Shown piece after piece: positions 29,698 to 38,752 of a DNA stretch of 64,000 nt. Position 1 is the stretch's first letter. Every line of letters starts with the position of its first letter. Where the stretch lies: assembly GCA_963769885.1 (NCBI GenBank), contig CAVYNH010000004.1, positions 320,001 to 384,000 on the forward strand, written 5' to 3'. Source of the DNA: Methanobacteriota archaeon (GTDB taxonomy: Archaea; Thermoplasmatota; E2; DHVEG-1). The position numbers and the translations under genes are program-made. The notes under the pieces were generated by a model, which saw only the letters and a program-made list of their open reading frames with translations, did no database searches and was not told where the DNA came from.

Positions 29698-29816
29698 TTC
29701 TCCGTCTACAAACGATTATTTTTATTTCTTTTTTTCTGAAACACCTTCATTTACATCTCTCTTTTATTTATTCATTCTCATTCGGTAAATAGACGAGCGG
29801 ACAAACTAACCAATAT

Positions 29817-29954
29817 TTAAGTCCTCATTATGTTTTTACCTGCTGGACGGTTTTTAACCATCCCCTTTCCACCCGGACGACCGCCTGTCTTTGCTCCTCT
29901 TTTAGCTCGGTTTTTGGCTGCCGTCATTCTGCCGCCTCTGCTTTTCTTTGCCAT
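29817..29954 (-). CDS. 45-aa Lys/Arg/Gly-rich basic microprotein
   Basis: MAKKSRGGRMTAAKNRAKRGAKTGGRPGGKGMVKNRPAGKNIMRT; GGAGGT RBS; no acidic residues. Confidence 0.65.
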   Translation of the reverse strand: MAKKSRGGRMTAAKNRAKRGAKTGGRPGGKGMVKNRPAGKNIMRT

Positions 29955-30021
29955 ATTTTATCTACCTCCAAATTTTTTCTTTTTTCATTCTATTTTGTCT
30001 CTCATTTTGAGGTCCAAGATA

Positions 30022-30168
30022 TCAAACGACTTTTATGATTCCCATTAACACCATGACGATAATTGCCAATACTATCGCTCCGAGAAGACCGAAAATGAAC
30101 CAACCTGCCAGGAATGCTATTACCGAAAATATTGTGATGTGGGTCCATTCAACTTTTATGGCTGCCAT
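30022..30168 (-). CDS. 48-aa hydrophobic membrane microprotein
   Basis: MAAIKVEWTHITIFSVIAFLAGWFIFGLLGAIVLAIIVMVLMGIIKVV directly after the lipoprotein gene. Confidence 0.6.
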   Translation of the reverse strand: MAAIKVEWTHITIFSVIAFLAGWFIFGLLGAIVLAIIVMVLMGIIKVV

Positions 30169-30178
30169 TTTAATCGTC

Positions 30179-30526
30179 CTATGCTTTGGTTAGCGTGACA
30201 GATCCACCGTTAGAATTTGTAAATATCAGTTGATTATCAGTAGGGAATCTATAATCATAGGTCACACCAAAAGATCCACCAGACTGGGTGAAAGTTATTT
30301 TTGCACCTGCAACAGCCCACGTATAGGTTCCGCTTAATGAGAAGTCTCCAATTTGACCAGTCATCGTCACATTGTTATCATTGGTGAAGGTCATAGTGCC
30401 TTCCCCACCGGTAGTTGTCCAGGTTCCAAGAAATTTACTTTTATCAATTGCGTTCGTGCAACCGCTTAAGCTTATTGTTGTCAACATCACTAGCACAATT
30501 CCAACAAGGACGAAATGTTTTTTCAT
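30179..30526 (-). CDS. Putative lipoprotein (beta-rich)
   Basis: Signal peptide with LSGC lipobox; GAGGT RBS. Confidence 0.75.
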   Translation of the reverse strand: MKKHFVLVGIVLVMLTTISLSGCTNAIDKSKFLGTWTTTGGEGTMTFTNDNNVTMTGQIGDFSLSGTYTWAVAGAKITFTQSGGSFGVTYDYRFPTDNQLIFTNSNGGSVTLTKA

Positions 30527-30575
30527 CTAAATACCTCAGCGTATGGTCCTATCAACTCCCGGTCTATATATAGAA

Positions 30576-30611
30576 ATGACTTAAAAACAATAAAAAAACA
30601 GTATAAAAACA
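30576..30611 (-). promoter_or_regulatory. Shared promoter/operator element, copy 1 (diverged)
   Basis: ATGACTTAAAAACAATAAAAAAACAGTATAAAAACA about 50 bp upstream of the 30526 start. Confidence 0.65.
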
Positions 30612-30829
30612 GTTCAAAACTAATTGATATTGAGGAACGACATGTTTGTACGAAAAGAAATCATGTATGCAACGATTAACGTTTTGTCCTCTGGTTTCTT
30701 CTGTAATACAGGAATGCAATATAAAAATTACTTCTTCCATAAGGCATTGAGGTATCGATTTAGTTTAATAAGAAGAAAGAGGAGGAGGTTCTGGGGAAAA
30801 ACCCAAAAAACCCCCAATCGATTTTATAC

Positions 30830-31171
30830 TTATAATGGCCCTATGACGGTGGGTAGGACGAAGCTGACAATGGCTGCGATGATCCATACGATAATAGCTA
30901 TACATAGTGCTTTCAGCCAGCCGATTTTATACAAAACGCCAAGAGCAATAAGCCAGGCTATTCCCCCAATGAGGGATGCTAACCATCCTAACTCAGGGCG
31001 GAGGAAATAGTAGGCAGCTGCATATATTATTGCGCCAACAAAGGCAGTTATTAAAGCAGTGCCGAATCCCTCTTTTTCTCCAAATAGTTTCGTTACGACA
31101 TAGATGATAATTGCCGATATAACAAGACTTATTAAAAATACAATTACTGTTGCTAACGTGACATCAATCAT
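30830..31171 (-). CDS. Four-TM membrane protein
   Basis: Hydrophobic 113-aa ORF. Confidence 0.7.
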   Translation of the reverse strand: MIDVTLATVIVFLISLVISAIIIYVVTKLFGEKEGFGTALITAFVGAIIYAAAYYFLRPELGWLASLIGGIAWLIALGVLYKIGWLKALCIAIIVWIIAAIVSFVLPTVIGPL

Positions 31172-31274
31172 TTTTTCCGCTCCAGGCTCCAGTACTGTTT
31201 ATTTACATTTTCTTAGTTTATCTGAGAACAAGGAATAAGTATTGTGTATTCCGTGAACCAGATAAGGTTAACGT

Positions 31275-31475
31275 TTAATTTTTTTTGCTTGGTATCACTA
31301 CGCCTACTATAACCAACACAAGCCCACCAATGATCAATGGAATCATGTATTGCGCATATGGAGTGCTGCTTGTATTGACTAACCCGAATAACTGGGGGGT
31401 AGTTATTACCAAGGCACCCGCTATAAGACCAATTATAGCTACTACAACTCCGATGGCGACTAAGATGGTATTCAT
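31275..31475 (-). CDS. Small two-TM membrane protein
   Basis: 66-aa ORF, AAGGAGGT RBS. Confidence 0.7.
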   Translation of the reverse strand: MNTILVAIGVVVAIIGLIAGALVITTPQLFGLVNTSSTPYAQYMIPLIIGGLVLVIVGVVIPSKKN

Positions 31476-31566
31476 ATTTTTAACCTCCTTATTTCTTTAG
31501 TATCGTGTTTGGTGAGTATAGATGATCGCACGCGTTTGTGCGCGCGCCATCTATCTAGATTATGCA

Positions 31567-31866
31567 CTAACGATTTTCTACGTGTTCTATTGGTCTTAAG
31601 TACATATGAAGTTGTGCTTTTGAGACCTTCATGTTTAGTCCCCTGTCTGTCCAGCGAGCAACCCCTTCCTTCAGTGCTGAAATAGCCAGCATGTTATGTA
31701 CTCCATATTTCTTTGCCCCTAGCACAGATTCGGCTACCTCTCTGGTCAATTGGATCTCAAGATGAGTGATGTCCCAACGTTCTGGGTCTATCCCTATTTC
31801 CTTAACTGTGCCAATTTTTTCGTCTTGGGCGAAGACGTCTGCGTTCATAAATTTTTTACTTTCCAT
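31567..31866 (-). CDS. PRC-barrel-like protein
   Basis: V...D.KIGTVKEIGID...W.I..L pattern; GGTGA RBS. Confidence 0.65.
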   Translation of the reverse strand: MESKKFMNADVFAQDEKIGTVKEIGIDPERWDITHLEIQLTREVAESVLGAKKYGVHNMLAISALKEGVARWTDRGLNMKVSKAQLHMYLRPIEHVENR

Positions 31867-31914
31867 TATCTATCACCTTGCTTACTTCATTGTCAGTATG
31901 TTATATTATCATAT

Positions 31915-31951
31915 CTTAAAAACAACTAAAGAACAGTATAAAAACAATGTA
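31915..31951 (-). promoter_or_regulatory. Shared 37-bp promoter/operator element, copy 2
   Basis: Identical to 36749-36785. Confidence 0.75.
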
Positions 31952-31970
31952 TTATGGAAAGAAACGAACG

Positions 31971-33626
31971 CTATGCAGTCTGTCGTTTATGCAGCAATGT
32001 TTTTCCTTTTTCTGTCACATAGACCGTTCGATACTTTCCTTGTTTTTTTAAAAAAATCAGACCTTTTTCTTCAAGGAGATTTAATCGTTTTGCAGCAGTT
32101 GAATACGCTACGTTAGAATTGGTTATTATTTTTTTGAAAGAAACCATTGAATTACTCTGATTTTGTTCATAAACATATTTTAACATATCATAGAGAATAT
32201 CATCGAGAATAAGACCGTCTAATTTCTGGCTCGGTAATAATTGAAATTCATTTTCAAAAATCGCCATCTGACTATTATCGACAATCGACGGATCGATACG
32301 TAGTACGACAATCAATTGACTCTTCAGAACAAGATCGTTAATTTTATACATGGCATCAATAAATTTTTCAAAAGAAAATTTAGTGATAAAATAATGCGCG
32401 CCATCTATTGCGATAATTGATTTTTTATTTCTCAGACTTATTTCTTTCACCATGGCTACTAATTCATCGGGGTTTGCAATTGTTTCAAATCCTTTGATTT
32501 TTTCATGACTTAATAATAAAAGCTGGCTGTTCAAATTATGAGACATGTTACCTGTCATTTCAACACTAGAACGGGAAATAAACATTCCCTCATATCCGGA
32601 TGTAGTCAAATCTCTATATAAATCTCGTACAGAGCTATTATTTTTACTAATGATAAGATAGCTGTTCCCTACAAGTATTTTCCCGTGAGCTTCGATATCT
32701 CCTGTGATGTCTCTGCCGATAAAAAGAGAGCCGATGGTTATCCCATCAGGATTCTTAACCGACGATTCTGATATTCGAATGATCTTTTTTAAATTATTTT
32801 TTGTCAGTAACACCAAATCATCATGCCCTTGGTGAGTACCGTTATTTTTTATAATATCTAATATTTTCGAATGGCCATTAAACACAGATAAATTTTCTAT
32901 AGATCGATTCATGACCTCTTTTTCGGTATAGCCCGTAAGCAGTTCCGTTGTTTTATTCCAGGTATTTACTCTATTGTTCGAATCGAATGAAAAAATAATC
33001 TCTGATGCACTATCAATGATGTTCTCCAGATAATCTTTTGTTTTCACAGTTTCATCTTCTGCTTTTTTCCGCTCCTTCGTTTCACTTGAAAGGTTTTTAG
33101 TTGTTGTCTTAAGTTGTGCGGTCCGAGCATTAATGAGTTGTTCTAATTTTTTTTGCATTTGTAGCATTTTTTCTTGTTCTTTCTTACGTTCTGTGATATC
33201 TCTAATATTACATTGGATTACTTTTGTATGATCGACCATGTAGCTATTACTGACAAATTCCACATATCTTAACTTTTTTTGTTTCGTTTGAAGTGGGAGA
33301 TGTTCATAACGGACGTATGTTTCTTTTTGAAGTTTTTGAAATAGTTCTATGTTTTCTGCGATATTTTTAAAAGGGCTAATTTCCCAGAGTTTTTTTCCCT
33401 TGAGTTCATTCAGAGAATAACCCAGAAGATTTTGAACGAATGGATTAGCGTCTGTTATTTGTCCGGTTTCTCCATCCAAAATAAGGATAGCATCTTGAGC
33501 TGCTTCAAAGAGTCGCCTATAGCGTAATTCAGAATTTTTTAATATTTCGTCATCTATCTGATGTTGAGGGTCATTAGATTTTATTCCTGTTTTGAAATTA
33601 GTAATGGCGTTATTTTTTGGGACCAT
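31971..33626 (-). CDS. One-component sensor/regulator: two PAS domains, DUF835-like domain, C-terminal winged HTH
   Basis: SELRYRRLFEAAQDAI...RDITERKK, second PAS, IAIDGAHYF, YSTAAKRLNLLEEKGLI...VTEKGK. Confidence 0.8.
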   Translation of the reverse strand: MVPKNNAITNFKTGIKSNDPQHQIDDEILKNSELRYRRLFEAAQDAILILDGETGQITDANPFVQNLLGYSLNELKGKKLWEISPFKNIAENIELFQKLQKETYVRYEHLPLQTKQKKLRYVEFVSNSYMVDHTKVIQCNIRDITERKKEQEKMLQMQKKLEQLINARTAQLKTTTKNLSSETKERKKAEDETVKTKDYLENIIDSASEIIFSFDSNNRVNTWNKTTELLTGYTEKEVMNRSIENLSVFNGHSKILDIIKNNGTHQGHDDLVLLTKNNLKKIIRISESSVKNPDGITIGSLFIGRDITGDIEAHGKILVGNSYLIISKNNSSVRDLYRDLTTSGYEGMFISRSSVEMTGNMSHNLNSQLLLLSHEKIKGFETIANPDELVAMVKEISLRNKKSIIAIDGAHYFITKFSFEKFIDAMYKINDLVLKSQLIVVLRIDPSIVDNSQMAIFENEFQLLPSQKLDGLILDDILYDMLKYVYEQNQSNSMVSFKKIITNSNVAYSTAAKRLNLLEEKGLIFLKKQGKYRTVYVTEKGKTLLHKRQTA

Positions 33627-34016
33627 TTACTTCGCCCCCGTTTACACAAAATTGAAACTGTTTAGTATGTTTTTATAGTGTCATGCATAAGATAAAATGA
33701 AAATACGTTTTATATACTTTTCTCATAAAGCCAGATGATTTTTAAATTTCTGTCTACAATTTTACATTCTTCAGGAACTGTATAGAATTTTATGGTTTAT
33801 ACTGTTTTTCAATTGATTTTTATATATTATTTAGTCATGCCTATATACTTACGAGAACATAGATGGAAGTATCGACCGAGGTTAAAAAATGATAAACGGA
33901 ATAATAAGATTGCTTGTAGGCGTAGTTGTGATCGTCGTTCTAATATGGATAATACTAGCAGTCGTGCACGCATTTTAATTTGAATACGCATAGAGAAACC
34001 TGGAGAAAAGGTCAAC

Positions 34017-34214
34017 ATGAGCGATAAAGAAAAAATAGTCTCAGCACTTCGCCTCATCAACGGAAAAAAGGAGAATGTGGAGAAGATAGCGGAGACGGTA
34101 GACAAGTTTTTCGAGAATCTGCACCTTGAAATAGAGGACTGGAAATTTTCGATGGAAGAGTTCAGCGATGGCACACGTATCTTTATTCGGTTCCAAATCC
34201 TTGTAAAAAAGTAG
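34017..34214 (+). CDS. Small protein, WKFS family copy 1
   Basis: 65 aa, DWKFSMEEFSDGTRI; paralog at 36520-36699. Confidence 0.7.
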   Translation: MSDKEKIVSALRLINGKKENVEKIAETVDKFFENLHLEIEDWKFSMEEFSDGTRIFIRFQILVKK

Positions 34215-34224
34215 GTGGTTCTAA

Positions 34225-34851
34225 TTGAATCCTGATACGAATAAGGCAAAGAGTAAACCCAATACGAAGACGACAAAGTCAGAGCATGTCCTCATAGATC
34301 CTGAGGAATGGAAAGATCCTGATGGACGGAGAGTTGTCGCGGAATACCACAAGAAGAATCTTCCGGAAACACAAGCTGACAATGGAATGCAAGACGAGAC
34401 GAATGATGAGGTAAAATCATCGGATACAGAAACCACAGGTGATTCATCAGAACAGAAGTTGCGTATATCACGGATCTTGGATATTTCTACAGTTGAGATG
34501 ATAACGTACGCTTTGTTCCGCGCCATGTTCGGTAAAAGTATCCATATACCTTTGAAACGCGAGGGCGTCATAGATATGGATATCGCTATTGAGGATAACG
34601 ATATCATCCTAAACACCAACGATGTCACATTCATACCGCCTGATCTAAAAATCTGGCGCCTCATATTCACATATAAAAATAAACCAATAATAGAATACGG
34701 TCGTGGAATCAAACGCGGCATGAAGATTCACTACGGCCATGCGATTATCTTCCTCCTTGCAATGTGGTCCGGGGGTAGAAAGACTAGGAAGGCCCAGGAA
34801 AAAGCCGCTAAAATCGCAGAATTGGAAAAAACCCGCAACAGCGAAGGTTAA
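34225..34851 (+). CDS. Hypothetical protein
   Basis: 208-aa ORF between the WKFS gene and the kinase; start uncertain. Confidence 0.65.
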   Translation: MNPDTNKAKSKPNTKTTKSEHVLIDPEEWKDPDGRRVVAEYHKKNLPETQADNGMQDETNDEVKSSDTETTGDSSEQKLRISRILDISTVEMITYALFRAMFGKSIHIPLKREGVIDMDIAIEDNDIILNTNDVTFIPPDLKIWRLIFTYKNKPIIEYGRGIKRGMKIHYGHAIIFLLAMWSGGRKTRKAQEKAAKIAELEKTRNSEG

Positions 34852-34882
34852 AATAAGATAAATAATAAGAAAGGTACAGATA

Positions 34883-35758
34883 GTGATGACCAATAAAACG
34901 GGGCAACCTACCCATGAAGCCCATCAGGCCTTTCTACAGGATATACAGCGCAACATCCGACGGATCCTATCCGAAAATTATAAGATGAAAAAGATTTCCA
35001 TCGAGTATATTGCTGCAGGCGCCGCTCGACTTTCAAATCCGATAAAAATCACAGGGGTGAACGAAAAAGGGGAAAAGATCCGTTACTTCGGCAAGGTCAT
35101 CGGCAGCAACGATATTTTGTCAGTCCGCTACATCCAGTTCCTTAAAAACATCTATCTGGAGATGAATACACAACAACCGCTCTTCGAGATGTACGAGACG
35201 ACAGAGGACATGGTCCGAGATCAATACGAGATGATGCAAACTATTTATAAAAGCGGAATACCAGCGATAAAGCCATATGGCTATCATCAAATAAATCGTT
35301 CTCAGTGGCTGCTGGTAGCGGAGTTTCTCGATGTAAAACCATTCTCCATGCTTGAGAAGGTCGATCCAAAACAGATAGACTTAGTCTTTTGTTATCTAAA
35401 ACAGGAACACCGGAAGAAGATCTTCCATGGGGATATCAAACCCGATAATATATTGGTAGGGGATAAGATTTACATTTTAGATGCCGGCCACTTCCGTAAG
35501 GACGCGCCCCCAGCAGAGAAACTGTCCTACGATCTCGCCTGTATGATAAGCTCTTTTCTTGAGTACCAGCCTGTTGAAGAAATAGTAAAGATTGCTCAGA
35601 AATACTACTCCCAACGGTTTATTCAAGCAGCTGCGGACTACATCGAACTCATTCAGATGCGCCCGGATATCCATTTTACCAACGAAACAAAACAAAAACT
35701 TCTGCTCCTTCTGAAAGGTCAACGAGAAGCAGGGTATCGAAAAAAGACATCACGCTAA
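34883..35758 (+). CDS. Protein-kinase-like (RIO/Kdo/APH-type) protein
   Basis: HGDIKPDNILV catalytic loop, LDAG, LVAEFL. Confidence 0.8.
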   Translation: MMTNKTGQPTHEAHQAFLQDIQRNIRRILSENYKMKKISIEYIAAGAARLSNPIKITGVNEKGEKIRYFGKVIGSNDILSVRYIQFLKNIYLEMNTQQPLFEMYETTEDMVRDQYEMMQTIYKSGIPAIKPYGYHQINRSQWLLVAEFLDVKPFSMLEKVDPKQIDLVFCYLKQEHRKKIFHGDIKPDNILVGDKIYILDAGHFRKDAPPAEKLSYDLACMISSFLEYQPVEEIVKIAQKYYSQRFIQAAADYIELIQMRPDIHFTNETKQKLLLLLKGQREAGYRKKTSR

Positions 35759-35823
35759 CGTACCTTCCTGTTTATCGGGTAGAGATATGTTAACTGCCAT
35801 AGCATGCAAATATAATACTTGTT

Positions 35824-36444
35824 ATGGTAATGGTAATGATAGATATGGAAAAAAAAATTAATGTCGTAGATTTGGATAGCACGTTACTGCCCTATGATTC
35901 GTTGATACATTTCGTATGGCTTTTCATGAAAAATCGGCGATGTTTCCTTCCATTATTATTGTACTTGACACAACGAATGACTGGAAATATAACAAAAGAG
36001 GAGTATCTTAAAAAAATTCTGATTACTGCAAGGAAAACAACGCAATATGAAAAAAAAGTAAAAAAGTTTGGTCTGTCGTTGTATGATGATATTCGTACAC
36101 CAATGTTACGTTTTATCTTAAAAAATACCGATGAGTTTACGACTAACGTACTCTGCACAGCATCACCTCAAGATTATGTTAAATATCTATGTGAAAAACT
36201 AGGTTGGTCGTGTATAAGTAGTACACTGGATGACAATGACGAAAATTTCATTCATATGTACGGACCTAACAAAGTATCTGCTGTACAAAAAATGTACCCC
36301 AAACAAGATTATTCCTATCATTTAGCAATGTCGGATAACAAAAGTGACCGCGATCTGTTGAAATTATTTGAAACATCGTATCATATAAAAAAAGGTGTAA
36401 AAGTACATATTAAAAAAATCAACAAGATAGAAGTTAAAAGGTAA
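35824..36444 (+). CDS. HAD-superfamily hydrolase
   Basis: VVDLDSTL motif I, CTASP motif II, K, SDNKSD motif IV. Confidence 0.82.
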   Translation: MVMVMIDMEKKINVVDLDSTLLPYDSLIHFVWLFMKNRRCFLPLLLYLTQRMTGNITKEEYLKKILITARKTTQYEKKVKKFGLSLYDDIRTPMLRFILKNTDEFTTNVLCTASPQDYVKYLCEKLGWSCISSTLDDNDENFIHMYGPNKVSAVQKMYPKQDYSYHLAMSDNKSDRDLLKLFETSYHIKKGVKVHIKKINKIEVKR

Positions 36445-36453
36445 AAATTTGCT

Positions 36454-36483
36454 GCACCTTTTTCTAAACATACCAAAGGTGCA
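36454..36483. terminator. Hairpin between convergent genes
   Basis: TGCACCTTT...AAAGGTGCA inverted repeat. Confidence 0.45.
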
Positions 36484-36519
36484 ACTTTGATAAAAAATAG
36501 AGCGTTATACCTACTGGCT

Positions 36520-36699
36520 TTACTTTTTGTCCTTTGGATGTTTGATAAGAGCTATCGCGTGCATTTCCACCCGCATACCTTCTTTGGTATCCTCGACGGA
36601 AAACTTCCACTGCTCCAGCTTCGCATCCATATCCATGAACCATTTCTTAAGCTCTTGACTCTTCGTCTTCAAATTATCTCCTACATTTTTACTCGCCAT
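36520..36699 (-). CDS. 59-aa small protein, WKFS family copy 2
   Basis: MASKNVGDNLKTKSQELKKWFMDMDAKLEQWKFSVEDTKEGMRVEMHAIALIKHPKDKK; GGTGA RBS; missed by the ORF track. Confidence 0.75.
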   Translation of the reverse strand: MASKNVGDNLKTKSQELKKWFMDMDAKLEQWKFSVEDTKEGMRVEMHAIALIKHPKDKK

Positions 36700-36748
36700 T
36701 AGTTATCACCTATACATACTCCATTGTTACCGTGTTATATCAGTATGA

Positions 36749-36785
36749 CTTAAAAACAACTAAAGAACAGTATAAAAACAATGTA
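36749..36785 (-). promoter_or_regulatory. Shared 37-bp promoter/operator element, copy 3
   Basis: CTTAAAAACAACTAAAGAACAGTATAAAAACAATGTA, 50 bp upstream of the 36699 start. Confidence 0.75.
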
Positions 36786-36888
36786 ATACTTTTAAAAAAA
36801 TTAGGCCGTTTGAACATTGATTCAAAATTTCTTGATTGCACAATATGCATTATATAGAACTAATAGTATACCTGCTGCAGAGGAAAAA

Positions 36889-37428
36889 ATGAGGAAAAAA
36901 CCTTCTGTAAATTCTAAAAAGGATAAGACAAATCTAGCGAATAAACCATCCCTGATAGACAGCGACATAACTGAAATATCTCAAAGGATTTTATTGGAGC
37001 TTGAAACCGCAAGTTCCAAGGATTTATCAGAAGCCAAATATGCAAAAAAGATTTTACAATTGTCGGATCTTGATTATACAAAAAACTTATTTCGCGAGAT
37101 AGAAAGTGTTCCATCTGGACCTGAACGCGTTATCGAAAAAAGAGCGGTGATCCAGGCATTGTTGCTTTCTACATGGTTGCAGAGGCTCTATTTTATTATC
37201 AGGGCCGCTCTTATGTCGGTCCTAGGCGCGGTCGTTACATTCTTTTACGTATTGTTCTTTGGCCAAATAGGTGTTGTTCTAGCAGTTATCATGGGCGTGC
37301 TTATTTTTATTATTGGATTGATTGTGACAAGATTATTTGATACACAAATAGTCAAGGCTACAAAATATATCGTCAGACGTTTGAGTTATCATAAAAAGAT
37401 TAGGGAATTTATTATGAATCACTTCTAG
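36889..37428 (+). CDS. Hypothetical membrane protein (two C-terminal TM)
   Basis: ATG 36889 with GAGG RBS; hydrophobic hairpin. Confidence 0.65.
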   Translation: MRKKPSVNSKKDKTNLANKPSLIDSDITEISQRILLELETASSKDLSEAKYAKKILQLSDLDYTKNLFREIESVPSGPERVIEKRAVIQALLLSTWLQRLYFIIRAALMSVLGAVVTFFYVLFFGQIGVVLAVIMGVLIFIIGLIVTRLFDTQIVKATKYIVRRLSYHKKIREFIMNHF

Positions 37429-37675
37429 GCGAAATGTAGGGCCAATTAATTGATAGGATAATGTATGAATTGTAGAGATTATCAGAATGCCTCATGTTAC
37501 AAAGAAGCTTACAGTTTACACTTATCTCGATTAAAAAAATATTATTTTTTTTCTTTTTGCCGGCATCCACTATTTTTCTAACTCTATCAGCGCCGTGCTC
37601 GTAATCACCTTTTTCAAGTTGGGTTCTTCTTGTTCTTTTTTTCATATAATCTGGATGTTTTTTAATATGAGGCAT
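37412..37675 (-). CDS. MPHIKKHPDY family basic microprotein, copy 2 (stop shifted by a 1-nt loss in an A-run)
   Basis: First about 43 aa homologous to 28577-28711; the rest is run-on. Confidence 0.65.
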   Translation of the reverse strand: MPHIKKHPDYMKKRTRRTQLEKGDYEHGADRVRKIVDAGKKKKNNIFLIEISVNCKLLCNMRHSDNLYNSYIILSINWPYISPRSDS

Positions 37676-37804
37676 ATATTTTAGAACATTTGCTGATTTA
37701 AAAAAATGTCTAGTGTCTGAAAAAAATTCGAATCAATCCAATAATTTTTCTTTAATCATGACCGTTAGTGCAAGTGACGAAACATTGACACGAATTCACT
37801 AGTA

Positions 37805-38508
37805 ATGAAATAGGGGCAAAGCCCCTATGACCCCGTTCCGCCTTCGTTCCTCGGCAAGCCCTTTTGGTCTTGCCGTATCTCACTCGGCGGATAGTCGTTT
37901 TTGTCGGTCGTCGATGATGGTCACGTTGTGATGTCGTTGCTGATCCCGTAGGTAGGCTGAGGATTCATCGAGGTTGGTCAGGCCGGTGGATTCGTGGTGC
38001 TCGTACCCGCTCCAGAATCCACCTCGCGGGTAGCGTTTGCGAAACCCGGGGTGCGCCCCGAACAGCTTCATAGCGCTGTGGGATTTGAGCATGATCTCAG
38101 CGCTCTGAATGGAGTACCGTTTTGGGACATTGACCTGGAGGTGGACGTGGTCTTCGGCGAACCCGAGTTCGCCGAACCCGAACCCAAAGCGTTCCAGGTC
38201 ATGGAACGCCTGGGTGCAGGAGTCGATGTGGCTTTGTTTGCTGAAGCAATGGTAGCGGTTCTTGGTCACAAACATCATGGTAACCCAGTTATTGCGGGTG
38301 TCACCCGCAACCTTTTTAGAGCTATCGCTCGATACAATCTCCATAAGTTTTTGAACTCCAGTCGCGCCAATACAGGGGCAGGCGGAACGCCTGCCACGCG
38401 CGACAAAAAACGAGTATCGAGTGTTTTGAGAAAAAGACGACGAGCGGCCTTTCATCTGCAGGTCTTACGCTGTTGCTTCAGACCGTGCAGTATTCCCGGC
38501 CGCTATTG
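37805..38508 (-). mobile_element. IS200-type insertion sequence (tnpA only, about 704 bp)
   Basis: GC-rich insert with hairpins at both ends; on the tnpA strand preceded by TTTAT and ending TTCAT; ends uncertain by a few nt. Confidence 0.85.
37880..38344 (-). CDS. tnpA: IS200/IS605 Y1 HUH transposase
   Basis: EDHVHL (HUH), GGFWSGY, YLRDQ (YxxxQ). Confidence 0.9.
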   Translation of the reverse strand: MEIVSSDSSKKVAGDTRNNWVTMMFVTKNRYHCFSKQSHIDSCTQAFHDLERFGFGFGELGFAEDHVHLQVNVPKRYSIQSAEIMLKSHSAMKLFGAHPGFRKRYPRGGFWSGYEHHESTGLTNLDESSAYLRDQQRHHNVTIIDDRQKRLSAE

Positions 38509-38550
38509 ATAAATTGTGTCTTCCTTCTGTTAATTAACAGTGCTAATGAT

Positions 38551-38570
38551 TAGCGCGGGCAGGGAGATTC
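38551..38570 (-). repeat. Internal att-like copy of the tRNA-Ser 3' end
   Basis: TAGCGCGGGCAGGGAGATTC matches 40386-40405 at 19/20; palindrome TTTACTAGTAAA at 38580-38591. Confidence 0.85.
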
Positions 38571-38752
38571 TGACTTCATTTTACTAGTAAAAAATTATGT
38601 TGCATATCTGTTAAACGATTTTTTTCAATTTTAGAGGTCCCTGTATGGATCTGAGCATCAATTTACCAGTAAATTTATTCATGATTCAATGTGGATAGCG
38701 AATATCTTTATTATAGAATGTATTGATTGCACAATTGATTCAGGAGCATCGT

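Larger units (their letters stand above)
37533..38550. repeat. Module terminal repeat, copy 2, interrupted by IS200
   Basis: 37533-37804 and 38509-38547 rejoin to match copy 1. Confidence 0.88.

Noticed and set aside
37412-37545. C-terminal extension of the 87-aa MPHIKK ORF as a real domain
   Set aside because: Arises from a 1-nt shorter A-run that shifts the TAA seen in copy 1; overlaps a convergent gene
37805-38508. tnpB/iscB or omega-RNA system
   Set aside because: Element is about 704 bp with tnpA only; no RuvC ORF nearby; hairpins are explained as IS ends
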